The translations under genes and the position numbers were made by a program. From positions 1 through 64,000 of IMG/VR virus record IMGVR_UViG_3300035698_010466: a DNA stretch of 64,000 nucleotides; one strand, written 5' to 3'. Numbering within the stretch: the first letter of the stretch is position 1; every line of letters starts with the position of its first letter. Of the stretch, positions 10,238 through 20,519 are shown one piece after another. Source of the stretch: a virus. Under the pieces are notes generated by a model. That model saw nothing but the letters and a program-made list of their open reading frames with translations, had not been told where the DNA came from and did no database searches.

Positions 10238-12205
10238 ATGTCTATTAACGGATCAATCACAACCGAGAATGGAGATGCTTTACTTATAAGTCTCCAAGAA
10301 CCTTATGATAATGTTATAGAGATCATAAGTTACTCTGATGAAATAACTGGAGAAAGTACAAGTGTCTATTATACCAAACAATTTAGGTGGGGAATAGATG
10401 GAGTTACATATTCTGACTGGATTAATCTAATAGATGAGAATCTAGAGGCTTTATTATTAGATCCAAATAATTCGGTTTGGATAGAATATAAGTATGAACA
10501 GGTGGGCGACGGCACTTTGGAATTTGTGTCAATATCATTAGAATTAGTTACAAGTGATGGTATCATATGTAAAGTACCACAAATTAATTGTTGCGACAGT
10601 AATTTAATGTCAGGATCCCAGAATTTAGTAATAAACACCTGTATAAATACATGGAATCCTTATGATATATCGAGAGCAGGTCAAATGTATGATCAACTTT
10701 CTGCGGTTACCTCAAATTTATTTGGATTTTGTGTTAAGTATTTTAAAACAGCATCTGATCAACGAAGTAAAGATGTTATTTTAAAAGAATATTCATTATT
10801 TGATGTTATAGCTTCAGAAGAAGTTAAAATTTTAGTTCCTGATAACGAATTACCTACGAGAGATATTCAGTTTAATCCAATAATGATGGACTTTCCAGTT
10901 CAATTTGAAATTCATATTGTTAAATCTGCATTTAGAAATGTATTTGGGGCTGATGCAAAACCACAGATGAGAGATTATCTTTACTTTGAACAATATATGA
11001 ATAGAATGTATGAAATCGATGCTGTTACTGAAGCAGATGATTTTTTATATAGTGGATCATATTGGAGAGTAAGTCTTGTACCTTATCAACAACGAACTGC
11101 AGTCGAGTATCCTGATAAAAATATCGAGGATGAAAAAGATGCTCTGGTAACAAATACAGAAGATTCATTTGAAGAAGAAAGAAATAATGAATTCGAAGAT
11201 GTAAGAAAGCCAAATCAGTATAATACAATAGGTACTCTTGTAAATGATTATGTTAGACGAGTTCTTGATAAACAATTACTTATTAAAGAAGAAAGTGTAT
11301 ATAATAATTGGGCTATAATTTCTAAATATCATTATAGACTTGATACAATGGATCGTTTTTCTGAAGCCGTCGAGTATAAATATGACGGAGGATGGAGTGA
11401 TTCAGAAATGAGAGCATTTACATTTTTAATCAGACCTCAATATAGTGATACTAACCCGATAGGTAGCAATGTATTAATCACATCAATAACAGATGAAAAT
11501 GACAATGTTATGTTAAACACTACAGAATTGCCTACATTATCAAATGCAATTATTGTAGGTGATTGGGTTAACGTCGCTGGTACTAATTCATATAATGGAT
11601 TACATAAAGTTGTTGGAATTTCCGGAGAATCATTGATTATAGACACAACTTATATAGATAATGTATTCGTAAGTACACCTAGATTTAATAAAGAAGAAAG
11701 TGTTAAATTTATTTCTTATGAGGATTCTGATACTACTAGTACACCTTCATATTTTACATTAACTTATACACCAAATTGGTTTATCATTACTATAAATGAA
11801 ACTCATCATAAATTTAAGTTATCTACACAAAGTATAACTTTAATTAAAGATGAGTGGTATGGAATTGTAATTAATCTTAACAATATTTCAAGACAATTGA
11901 GTTTATTCATATATGAAACAAGTACAACTACAGGTGCTATAAATTCTGATAGAACTTCAGTATTAAGTAAAGTTTATAATGAAACAAAAGATATTACACC
12001 AATCACGGTTACATCAGGGTATTCATGGCGATTATTAGGATCTACAACAGATTTAACAAACTTAAGAATTTGGAAAAAACCTATCGAAGAAGAGTTGCAA
12101 TCATTGATCTTGAGTCAATATGTCGTCCGTGATAGCCATAATATTCTCTTAGTAGATAATAGTTTGCCACAATTAATGCTCTCTAGAGTATCTAATCCAC
12201 GTTAG
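10238..12205 (+). CDS. virion structural protein with a neck gp14-like central domain
   Basis: FEIHIVKSAF...PQMRDYLYF...MYEI resembles gp14; acidic, beta-rich; lies in the head/neck module. Confidence 0.55.
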   Translation: MSINGSITTENGDALLISLQEPYDNVIEIISYSDEITGESTSVYYTKQFRWGIDGVTYSDWINLIDENLEALLLDPNNSVWIEYKYEQVGDGTLEFVSISLELVTSDGIICKVPQINCCDSNLMSGSQNLVINTCINTWNPYDISRAGQMYDQLSAVTSNLFGFCVKYFKTASDQRSKDVILKEYSLFDVIASEEVKILVPDNELPTRDIQFNPIMMDFPVQFEIHIVKSAFRNVFGADAKPQMRDYLYFEQYMNRMYEIDAVTEADDFLYSGSYWRVSLVPYQQRTAVEYPDKNIEDEKDALVTNTEDSFEEERNNEFEDVRKPNQYNTIGTLVNDYVRRVLDKQLLIKEESVYNNWAIISKYHYRLDTMDRFSEAVEYKYDGGWSDSEMRAFTFLIRPQYSDTNPIGSNVLITSITDENDNVMLNTTELPTLSNAIIVGDWVNVAGTNSYNGLHKVVGISGESLIIDTTYIDNVFVSTPRFNKEESVKFISYEDSDTTSTPSYFTLTYTPNWFIITINETHHKFKLSTQSITLIKDEWYGIVINLNNISRQLSLFIYETSTTTGAINSDRTSVLSKVYNETKDITPITVTSGYSWRLLGSTTDLTNLRIWKKPIEEELQSLILSQYVVRDSHNILLVDNSLPQLMLSRVSNPR

Positions 12206-12242
12206 ATTTAGAATATATAATATAAATAATATTGATTAATCG

Positions 12243-12848
12243 ATGGATAAAGATGTTAAAAAACATGCACGTGATAGTATTAGTGAATTATTAGGAGAAT
12301 TACCTGATGAAGTACCTGGATTAAATGATACTCCTCACTTACCTAAAGTTAGGGTAGAAAATACACAGGCTGTTGCAATGGCTAAAGCAAGTAATAAAGC
12401 TAAACGGGTTATGAGCACCCTTCTTAAATTTTATCTCAGTGAAAACATTATAGAAGAACACGAATATATTAAAGCTAAAGCTGAAATTGATGAATATGCT
12501 TTAAGTATGTTGATTCGACAAATGCATAATAGTGAAATTGCAATATCAGCTTTAATGACTGCTATTGATGAAGGTGAAATTTCAGGTAGAACTTTTGAAG
12601 TACTTAGTGATTTACAACGAACCTTATTAGATATTATTAAAAGCCAAACTATGTATATGATGGCAATTGAAGAAAATGCTAAGAAAATTTCAAGAGATCT
12701 TGATGTATATCATGGAAATGCAAATAATCAAAAAGCTAAATCAGCCGGACTTAAGCAAAGAGGAACTAAAGATCTAATGAGAGCTTTACAAGATACAATA
12801 GAAGAAGAAAATATACAAGATGTCGATAGCGATACAGATGAAGAATAA
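12243..12848 (+). CDS. terminase small subunit (gp16-like)
   Basis: GRTFEVLSDLQ and GTKDLM.AL motifs; located just upstream of TerL. Confidence 0.6.
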   Translation: MDKDVKKHARDSISELLGELPDEVPGLNDTPHLPKVRVENTQAVAMAKASNKAKRVMSTLLKFYLSENIIEEHEYIKAKAEIDEYALSMLIRQMHNSEIAISALMTAIDEGEISGRTFEVLSDLQRTLLDIIKSQTMYMMAIEENAKKISRDLDVYHGNANNQKAKSAGLKQRGTKDLMRALQDTIEEENIQDVDSDTDEE

Positions 12849-13083
12849 ATATGTTCTTACAAAAGAATTAGAACCTGAAAATGTTACAAAGTCAGGAATT
12901 ATAATTTCGGTTGAAAAATATAACCGAAAGGCTATAGTTTTAGCAGCAGGTGATGACGTAGAAGTAAATAAAGGTGACATCATATTAAAATTATTAGGTA
13001 AAGGAACAATGGTTACTTTAAACGATAATGAATTTGAATTACTCCACGAAAATCATATCCTTGCTGTTATAAAAGAAGAATAA
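12838..13083 (+). CDS. groES: co-chaperonin GroES-like
   Basis: TKSGIII mobile loop, VLAAG..V..GD, ILAVI C-terminus. Confidence 0.8.
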   Translation: MKNKYVLTKELEPENVTKSGIIISVEKYNRKAIVLAAGDDVEVNKGDIILKLLGKGTMVTLNDNEFELLHENHILAVIKEE

Positions 13084-13086
13084 AAT

Positions 13087-14904
13087 ATGGCACAAAAACC
13101 ACAAGCAGATAGTGCAGGTTTTGATTTTAAAGTAGAAAATGCTGAGAATTTTTTTACATGGACTTCTGAGAAAGTTGAACAGTTAATGATAGCTTTGGAT
13201 GAAGGGTATCGCCCCAAGCAGCATCCATTTTACGATAATAATATAAATCTTAAAAAAGGCAATATCGTCTTTACTTATACACCCGAAGAATTAAGAGAAA
13301 TTAAAAAATGTGCAAAGGATATTGTATATTTTGCTAATAATTATTGTACTGTAATGACCGATGATGGTTTACAGATGATAACACTTAGAGATTACCAAGA
13401 AGTTATGTTAAGACAAATGCAAAATGAACGTTTTAACATTGTCTTGTCAGCTAGACAAACAGGTAAGACAATTATTTCTTCTATATTTATTGCATGGTAC
13501 TCATTATTTAACTTTGATAGGAACACTTTAATTCTATCTAATAAAGGTGCAACAACTAGAGAAATTATCGATAAGGGTAAAACTATTCTTGAACATTTAC
13601 CATTCTTTTTAAAACCTGGTGTTATTCGATGGGATGTTTTTAATTCTAAATTTGATAATGGCTGTCGTATTATCGGGCAAACTACAACTAAAAAGGCAGC
13701 GATCGGTTTTACTATTCATTTATTATTTATGGATGAATTTGCTCATATACCTGAAAATTTTATTGAAATATTTTATGAAAACGTTTTTCCTACTGTTTCA
13801 GCATCACCAACATCTAAAGTAATTATCACAAGTACACCTAATGGATTTAATAAGTATTATGAAATTTATTCTGCGGCCGAGAAGGGCTTAAATGAGTATA
13901 AACCATTTAGAGTAGATTGGTGGGATGTACCAGGTCGTGATGATGCTTGGATGAGGAAAGAAGTTGCTAACTTAGGTTCAGAAGAAGCATTTAATAGACA
14001 ACATGGTAATCAGTTTCTTGAAGCATCGTCATTATTATTAGGTCCGGAAAGTTTGAAGAAATTAATGACTAATAAATTACAATTCGTTCATAGAGAAATA
14101 CCTGAATTTGATGATGAAGATATCAAATACAATGATTTTTTATGGCATCCTGAATTTGATTTGGATGAAATTGAAGAAGATTCTAATTATTGGTTATTTT
14201 CAATTGATTTAGCCGAAGGAAATGGTGGAGACAATTCAGCTATTAACATTTTTAAAATTGAAATGATGAATGAAAAAGATTGGTCTAAATTATCATCACC
14301 AGGTAGTTTTCTGGATTTTTTCAGATTAAGACAAGTCGGAAGGTTTAAATCAAATGAACATTCAATAGAAGAATTTGCAAAAGTTCTTTACGTTTTAGCA
14401 TTTGATTTATTTTATTCTGAAAATTTAAAAATGGTAATAGAATGGAATATGTTTGGTGGTGAACTTATACATAAGTTAGAAACTGCATTTCCACAAAGAA
14501 ATGAATATGATGAGGAAAATGTTGTTAAATTTAAACATAGATTAGATGCTAAAACAAAAAAATTCGGTATCAAAGTAAAAAAAGATAACAAACCAATATT
14601 TTGTCAAAACTTTAAAAAATATGTTTCACGAAATAAAATTATATTTACCGATGAAGATACTGTTGGAGAATCTACAAAATTCGGTAAATCTGCAAATGGT
14701 ACATACTCAGGAAAATTAGGACATGACGATTTAATTATGACATGTATAAATGCTTCGGAATTTTTTAATACAATTGATTTTTCTGAATTGGTCGAAGAAC
14801 TTTATGATACTATAGATGAAACATTACAATCAAAAATAGACACAATTTTAGAAAAGGATTCTAAAGGCGGTAATCTCCATTATGACATATATGATATCAT
14901 ATAA
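13087..14904 (+). CDS. terL: terminase large subunit (gp17-like)
   Basis: LRDYQ, SARQTGKT, LFMDEFAH, ITSTPNG, DLAEG, HDDL. Confidence 0.95.
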   Translation: MAQKPQADSAGFDFKVENAENFFTWTSEKVEQLMIALDEGYRPKQHPFYDNNINLKKGNIVFTYTPEELREIKKCAKDIVYFANNYCTVMTDDGLQMITLRDYQEVMLRQMQNERFNIVLSARQTGKTIISSIFIAWYSLFNFDRNTLILSNKGATTREIIDKGKTILEHLPFFLKPGVIRWDVFNSKFDNGCRIIGQTTTKKAAIGFTIHLLFMDEFAHIPENFIEIFYENVFPTVSASPTSKVIITSTPNGFNKYYEIYSAAEKGLNEYKPFRVDWWDVPGRDDAWMRKEVANLGSEEAFNRQHGNQFLEASSLLLGPESLKKLMTNKLQFVHREIPEFDDEDIKYNDFLWHPEFDLDEIEEDSNYWLFSIDLAEGNGGDNSAINIFKIEMMNEKDWSKLSSPGSFLDFFRLRQVGRFKSNEHSIEEFAKVLYVLAFDLFYSENLKMVIEWNMFGGELIHKLETAFPQRNEYDEENVVKFKHRLDAKTKKFGIKVKKDNKPIFCQNFKKYVSRNKIIFTDEDTVGESTKFGKSANGTYSGKLGHDDLIMTCINASEFFNTIDFSELVEELYDTIDETLQSKIDTILEKDSKGGNLHYDIYDII

Positions 14905-14957
14905 AAAATATCATTAGTTTGAATATATAAAAAAAGTAATAAAAAAAATAATATAAA

Positions 14958-17900
14958 ATGGCACTAGATCCTAAAATTACTTCTCTAAAATCAGCCGGGC
15001 TATATAGATTTGAATTCAATAAAAGCCAAGTGGTTAGTATTCCTTCAAATCAGACTAGATTAATTGTTGGTTTTTCAAAGAGAGGACCTTTTAATACACC
15101 TGTTTTTATACCAGATACTTCATTTTTTAAAGAAGTTTATGGTGATATCGATAGAAATTTAGAACGTAAAGATTCATATTTCCATAGAAGCTGTTTAGCT
15201 GCATTGGAAAGAGGACCAATACTTGCATTAAATCTTCTTAACTTAGATGAAGATGATGACGTAAAGTATATCAAACTTGGTGCATCTGCGACACCACTTG
15301 CACAATCAAATATAGGAGCAGAAGCTGAATATCAAGGATTTTTCAATCGTGATAAATTTTTCTATCCAGATACTGACTCATTTTTAAGTAATGTGAGTGC
15401 AAATAAAACAACATTAAGTTCAATAACTACAAATGATTTATTAGATTTTGTTAATATTGGTCAATCTCCTATTTCAATTATAGTGAAAAAAGCAGCAGAT
15501 GCAAATATATCAGCATTTAACGTTACTGTTGAAGAATGGTACGGTTCTGCAAATATTCCAGATTATTTAAACAAAGATTCACTTGTATCCGATTTTATGG
15601 TAGATATTTTTGTAATCGATGGAAATTTCGGTGGAGATTTTAGTGGTGGGGATTTATATCAACGATTTGATGCAGATCCTACTTACCAAAGTTATTTTGA
15701 TGATACATTAGGTCTTAAAAGAAAGAAATATACTACTGATTCTACTGACACAATGATGTCAGAATTCTTTAATTTACCAGAAGTTAGTTTAATTGCAACT
15801 TATACTGCATCATTACTTCCTAATTTTACAGATTTAATTGGAAACAATTTATTTGTTGAAAAAGTAATTAATGCTGATAGCGCAACAACTGGATTATTCT
15901 GCGCTGTAAATGAAGATTTATTCAGTGGAGATTTCTTAATTGATGGTGTTGCTGGTGGAATTGATTTAATTGGACATAATCTTGAATATACTCAATCAGC
16001 ATCTACTCAAAATTCTGTTAACTTTTTATCATATAGTGGTACTATAGTAGCAGATTTAGAATATGCTGAAACATTTGCCACTGCAGAAACTGCAGATATA
16101 GCAACAGGAACAACAGTTTCTGTAACTACTGTAACAAGTGGAGATATTCAAATTCAATTAACAGCTACAGTTGGAGATGATTTATATGATGCATTTGCAA
16201 GTATGACTGCTCATACTTCTACTGTAGTAGGTTCTTATATTTTAGATACTGCTGGAAAATATGTTCCTGTAACGAGTGTTAATGCAGTAGCCGGAACAGT
16301 AACAATTTTAGTTTCTGCAACTGGGACTTCGACTGCATATTTCCCAACAACAGTTGCCTCAAGTTATACATATATTAATCCTGTAAATTTACCATTCTTT
16401 GTACATAAAACTCCAGCAGGAGCATTAGTTGATGGTACAATAATAGCATCACCGGGTAGTAGTTTAGCTACTGCATATACTGCTGGAACAATCACAGATG
16501 GAGATGAAGCATATTATGTATATAATAGTATTACTGAAACAAGATCATGGTTAGTATTTAACACAGTTAATTATGATTCTATACACACAACAGATTTAGG
16601 TGTTGAAATAAGCGACCCTGCATATTATTTAATATCTGTTGAGGTAGTACCATATACAACACATGATTTTACAGCGGTACAATTACAAACTGCATTCAGT
16701 ATTGCTAATCCTTTGGGAGCATTTCAAGATACTGATGCTGTTAATGTTGCTGCAAATACATTAGATATACAAACACTTAAAGGTAGTAATAATGTAACTT
16801 ATGATATAATTTATAGCACAGCAACAAAGTCAAACCAAGTTTTAATTGCAACAACTGAACCTGGTATTTCTGATATTGTTGTTGGTAACTATCTATTAAA
16901 TTCTGAAGGTTCAGCCTCTGCACCATCAAGATTAACAAGAATTAATTCTATCATAGGTGGACAAACTACATCAGATTATGCTGCGATACCAGCAGGTACT
17001 ACTGCATTACTAGTAACATGCCAATCTGCAATATCAGTTGGATTACTTGGAGCAATATACAAAGTTGAATTATATTACTCAATCGATTCATGGATTGATT
17101 ACTTGAATATATTTACACTTGATGGATTTAGTTTAGATAAAGATAAGCATATTCCAGATGGAACTAATGATAGACAAAATGAAATTTTAACAGGTACTCT
17201 TAGCGGTACTAATTTATTTAAATCTTTAACTGATAGAGATGTTATAAATTTCCGTTATCTTGTAGATACATTTGGAAATGGAATTGAAAGTGGATGTAAA
17301 TCTATTTTTACAACATTATGTCAAACGAGGAAAAATGCATTTGCAATTTTAAATGCACCATCTGCTAAAGATTTTAAATTTAATTCAGATCCTTCATTCT
17401 TGGATTTAACTAGTTCTCTTTCATCTAGATATATCTCACAAGGTGGAAATCTTTCATTGAATCCAACAATTAGATTCTCGTTACCTTCTGACACACAAGG
17501 TGGAAGTTGGGGTGGATTTTATTACCCATACATTACAGTTAGAGATTTAGGTAAAAATATTAATGTACCTCCAGCTGCATACGTTTCAAATAATTTCATA
17601 TCAAAATATGAGAATGCTTTACCATGGTCATTAGTTGCCGGAGTTCGTAGAGGTGTTGTAGGTGGAACTGGAGTTGTCGGATTAGAAATTAATTTAGATA
17701 AAGAAGATAGAGATTATTTAGAGCCATTTGGATTTAATCCAATTGTGTTCCAAAGTGGAACTGGTCCTACAATCTTTGCAAATAGAACTGCTCAACAAGT
17801 TCCAAAATCTGCATTAAGTTCAATTAATGTAAGAGAGGTTGTAATTTATATACAAGATGGAATTGAAGCAATTCTTAAAAACTATATATTTGAATTTAAT

Positions 17901-18143
17901 ACAGCTCAAACACGATTAGAAATCAAAACTCTTGCTGATAATTTCTTATCAACAGTACAAAATGACGACGGAGTATATAAATTCAGAAATATAATGGACG
18001 AATCAAACAATACACCTGAAGTAATCGATATGAATACTGGAATTTTAGATACTTATATTGAACCAGTAAGAGGGCTTGAAATATTGGTTCAAAGAACCAC
18101 AATTCTTAAAACTGGTGCAATAAGTTCAGGTAACTTTCAGTAA
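14958..18143 (+). CDS. contractile tail sheath protein (gp18-like)
   Basis: RGPFNTP, VPPAAYV, W...AG.RRG, INVR, FEFN...TR, DESNNTPEVID. Confidence 0.92.
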   Translation: MALDPKITSLKSAGLYRFEFNKSQVVSIPSNQTRLIVGFSKRGPFNTPVFIPDTSFFKEVYGDIDRNLERKDSYFHRSCLAALERGPILALNLLNLDEDDDVKYIKLGASATPLAQSNIGAEAEYQGFFNRDKFFYPDTDSFLSNVSANKTTLSSITTNDLLDFVNIGQSPISIIVKKAADANISAFNVTVEEWYGSANIPDYLNKDSLVSDFMVDIFVIDGNFGGDFSGGDLYQRFDADPTYQSYFDDTLGLKRKKYTTDSTDTMMSEFFNLPEVSLIATYTASLLPNFTDLIGNNLFVEKVINADSATTGLFCAVNEDLFSGDFLIDGVAGGIDLIGHNLEYTQSASTQNSVNFLSYSGTIVADLEYAETFATAETADIATGTTVSVTTVTSGDIQIQLTATVGDDLYDAFASMTAHTSTVVGSYILDTAGKYVPVTSVNAVAGTVTILVSATGTSTAYFPTTVASSYTYINPVNLPFFVHKTPAGALVDGTIIASPGSSLATAYTAGTITDGDEAYYVYNSITETRSWLVFNTVNYDSIHTTDLGVEISDPAYYLISVEVVPYTTHDFTAVQLQTAFSIANPLGAFQDTDAVNVAANTLDIQTLKGSNNVTYDIIYSTATKSNQVLIATTEPGISDIVVGNYLLNSEGSASAPSRLTRINSIIGGQTTSDYAAIPAGTTALLVTCQSAISVGLLGAIYKVELYYSIDSWIDYLNIFTLDGFSLDKDKHIPDGTNDRQNEILTGTLSGTNLFKSLTDRDVINFRYLVDTFGNGIESGCKSIFTTLCQTRKNAFAILNAPSAKDFKFNSDPSFLDLTSSLSSRYISQGGNLSLNPTIRFSLPSDTQGGSWGGFYYPYITVRDLGKNINVPPAAYVSNNFISKYENALPWSLVAGVRRGVVGGTGVVGLEINLDKEDRDYLEPFGFNPIVFQSGTGPTIFANRTAQQVPKSALSSINVREVVIYIQDGIEAILKNYIFEFNTAQTRLEIKTLADNFLSTVQNDDGVYKFRNIMDESNNTPEVIDMNTGILDTYIEPVRGLEILVQRTTILKTGAISSGNFQ

Positions 18144-18183
18144 AAATAAGTATTGATAGATAAATAAAAAAATAATAATAACT

Positions 18184-18738
18184 ATGCCACATTCACATTA
18201 CACACAAGCAAGGGCAAGTAATCAGAAATATGAAGTTGTACATCCTAACTTATTTGATGTTACTGTATTTACTCCATTAGGCGATGATACCGGATTAATA
18301 TTACAACATGTTAAAACTATTGGGGGTTTAGATGGAATTAATCCATCTGTAGATCCTGTACAACAAAAGTTTAAATTCGCAGATCGTTCTTATGCAGGGA
18401 TGCCATCACAAACGTTTGTTGATTTAACAATAGCATTTACATTAAACCTTAATGATGCAAATGAAAACTTTATATATAACACATTTCGTAATTGGTATAA
18501 TTTATGCTATGATCCTTTAACTGGGGAAATGGGACTGAAGAAAGATTATGTTGGAAGTATGATTGTTGTACAGTACAACAGAATAGGTAATATCTTCAGA
18601 AAAATTACATTTAAAGATATATTCCCTATGGCTCAACTAACATTTTCTGATGAATTAAGTTACGAAACTGCAGACCCTGCTGAAGTTGGAATAACACTTC
18701 GATGCGATCATTGGGTAGAAGAAAATGTAGGAGTTTAA
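18184..18738 (+). CDS. tail tube protein (gp19-like)
   Basis: Follows the sheath gene; PNLF.V, F.NWY, KKDY...VVQY.R.G, DIFP. Confidence 0.85.
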   Translation: MPHSHYTQARASNQKYEVVHPNLFDVTVFTPLGDDTGLILQHVKTIGGLDGINPSVDPVQQKFKFADRSYAGMPSQTFVDLTIAFTLNLNDANENFIYNTFRNWYNLCYDPLTGEMGLKKDYVGSMIVVQYNRIGNIFRKITFKDIFPMAQLTFSDELSYETADPAEVGITLRCDHWVEENVGV

Positions 18739-18769
18739 TTCAGTAGAAGTTAATTTCATAACAAAAAAT

Positions 18770-18798
18770 AAAAAACTGGTCTTGTGCCAGTTTTTTTA
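18770..18798 (+). terminator. intrinsic terminator after the tail tube gene
   Basis: AAAAACTGG-TCTTGTG-CCAGTTTTTTT. Confidence 0.8.
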
Positions 18799-18840
18799 TG
18801 ACATCATGTTAATATATAATATATAATATAGAATAAAACT

Positions 18841-19287
18841 ATGATAATATTTAAAGTAAAGAACAAGACAAACGGAAAAATTTATGTAGGACAATCAATT
18901 AATGATATCCCTCATAGCCTTGGTGCTGGGAAGTATATTAAAAGAGCATTAAAAGATTTTGGATTAGATGTCTTTGAAAAGGAAGTTTTAGAAGAATTTA
19001 ATACTGATGAATCTTTAGAAACAATAATGAATAGATTAGAATTTTGGATTAAGAAGTATAAAGCTGATAATCCTAAGTTTGGATATAATGAAACTATTCA
19101 AGAAATGATTCCACAACGAAAGCGATTAACTAAAAAACTACAAGTATTGCTATCACCCGATGATGAGGAAAACCTTAACACAATTATAATTCAAAAATCA
19201 ATGGAATCAGGTAAGAAACCAATATCAGTATCAAAATATATTAGGCAGCTTATTATAAATCATATAGTAGAAGAATTATCTAATTAA
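18841..19287 (+). CDS. GIY-YIG-like domain with a C-terminal ribbon-helix-helix-like domain
   Basis: IIFKV.NKTNGKIYVGQS...GYN; C-terminal KKLQVLLS...SVSKYIRQLI. Confidence 0.6.
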   Translation: MIIFKVKNKTNGKIYVGQSINDIPHSLGAGKYIKRALKDFGLDVFEKEVLEEFNTDESLETIMNRLEFWIKKYKADNPKFGYNETIQEMIPQRKRLTKKLQVLLSPDDEENLNTIIIQKSMESGKKPISVSKYIRQLIINHIVEELSN

Positions 19288-19299
19288 AAAAGAAATAGA

Positions 19300-20262
19300 A
19301 TGAATAATCACGAAGAAAACATTAAAAGAGAATTCGAAAAATCAGAAGGAATAGAACCTATAAAATCATTAGGTTCTGTCGATGTGTCTAAAAGTAAATT
19401 ATCACCAGACGATCCTGAAATAAAAAGAATACAAGCTATTACAGGATATACAAAATTAGTTCTTGCTAATTTGCCATCACGTGGAAGATTTTATAGAGAT
19501 GAATTTGAAATTCACATGAGAGCGGCTAGAGTCGGAGAAGTTCGTGATTTTTCTACAATGGAAGATGATGATCTTAAAGATGTTGATGATAAACTTAATG
19601 ATATTCTTGTAAGCTGTACAAAAATAATGTATGGTAAAAACCAAGGATCATATAAAGATATTCTTGAGGAAGATAGACTTTATGTTATATTGTCTATTCG
19701 AGAACTTACCTTTAAAAATGGAGAAGCTAAATTAATGATGCCGGTTGGACAGAAAAAATGTTCGACGAATTCATGTAAATCTCAAACTGAAGTAGAACTA
19801 AGAACTAATAATTTACAATTTCACCAACCTGATGAATTAGTTGAAAAATATTATGATAATGAAGTAAAATGTTATAAAATATCAACGAAAACTTATGGTG
19901 AATTATATTTAGCGCCTCCAACAATTGGTGTAATGAGAAGGATTACTGAGTGGATTCGTGAAAAGGAAACTGAAAATATTTCATGGGATAAATCAGCATT
20001 AAGTGTTCTTCCATATATCCAAAGAGAATGGAGATCATTCGGTGATAATGAAATATTTGCAGCTGTTACTGAATTCCAAGGATGGGATACTACTAAGTAT
20101 TCAATAATTTATCGTTTAATTGAAAAAATGAAAATCGGAGTAAAACCAGAATTCATTTATAAGTGTCAGTCATGTGAAGCGGAGGTCATAGTGCCATTAA
20201 CGTTTCCCGGCGGTATCCGATCTTTTTTCATTATACCAGATATCTCTTCAGAACTTTTATAA
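19300..20262 (+). CDS. baseplate hub / tail assembly protein (gp26-like)
   Basis: LPSRG.FY, DRLYVILSIR, CxxxxC and CxxC; lies upstream of the tape measure gene. Confidence 0.7.
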   Translation: MNNHEENIKREFEKSEGIEPIKSLGSVDVSKSKLSPDDPEIKRIQAITGYTKLVLANLPSRGRFYRDEFEIHMRAARVGEVRDFSTMEDDDLKDVDDKLNDILVSCTKIMYGKNQGSYKDILEEDRLYVILSIRELTFKNGEAKLMMPVGQKKCSTNSCKSQTEVELRTNNLQFHQPDELVEKYYDNEVKCYKISTKTYGELYLAPPTIGVMRRITEWIREKETENISWDKSALSVLPYIQREWRSFGDNEIFAAVTEFQGWDTTKYSIIYRLIEKMKIGVKPEFIYKCQSCEAEVIVPLTFPGGIRSFFIIPDISSELL

Positions 20263-20278
20263 GATAAGAATTCTTTTA

Positions 20279-20506
20279 ATGGAAAAATTACATATCCAGC
20301 CAAGTGAGTTGGATATGTTACCGTATTTTGAATATGAAATAACATTAGAAATGTATAATGATATTGTAAAAAAACGCCAGAATGAAGAAAATAAACAATC
20401 TTCACTAGCCGAAGATAAGTATAATGTCAATAGTATGCAAAATAAATATAAACTGAGTTCATATAAACAACCGTCACTCCCTAAGATAAATCTACCCAGA
20501 GTTTAA
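20279..20506 (+). CDS. baseplate hub assembly protein (gp51-like); may be reached by frameshift from the upstream ORF
   Basis: SLQNFYK..LLME..IQPSELDMLPYFEYE pattern, which extends upstream of the ATG. Confidence 0.55.
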   Translation: MEKLHIQPSELDMLPYFEYEITLEMYNDIVKKRQNEENKQSSLAEDKYNVNSMQNKYKLSSYKQPSLPKINLPRV

Positions 20507-20519
20507 TATATAACATATA

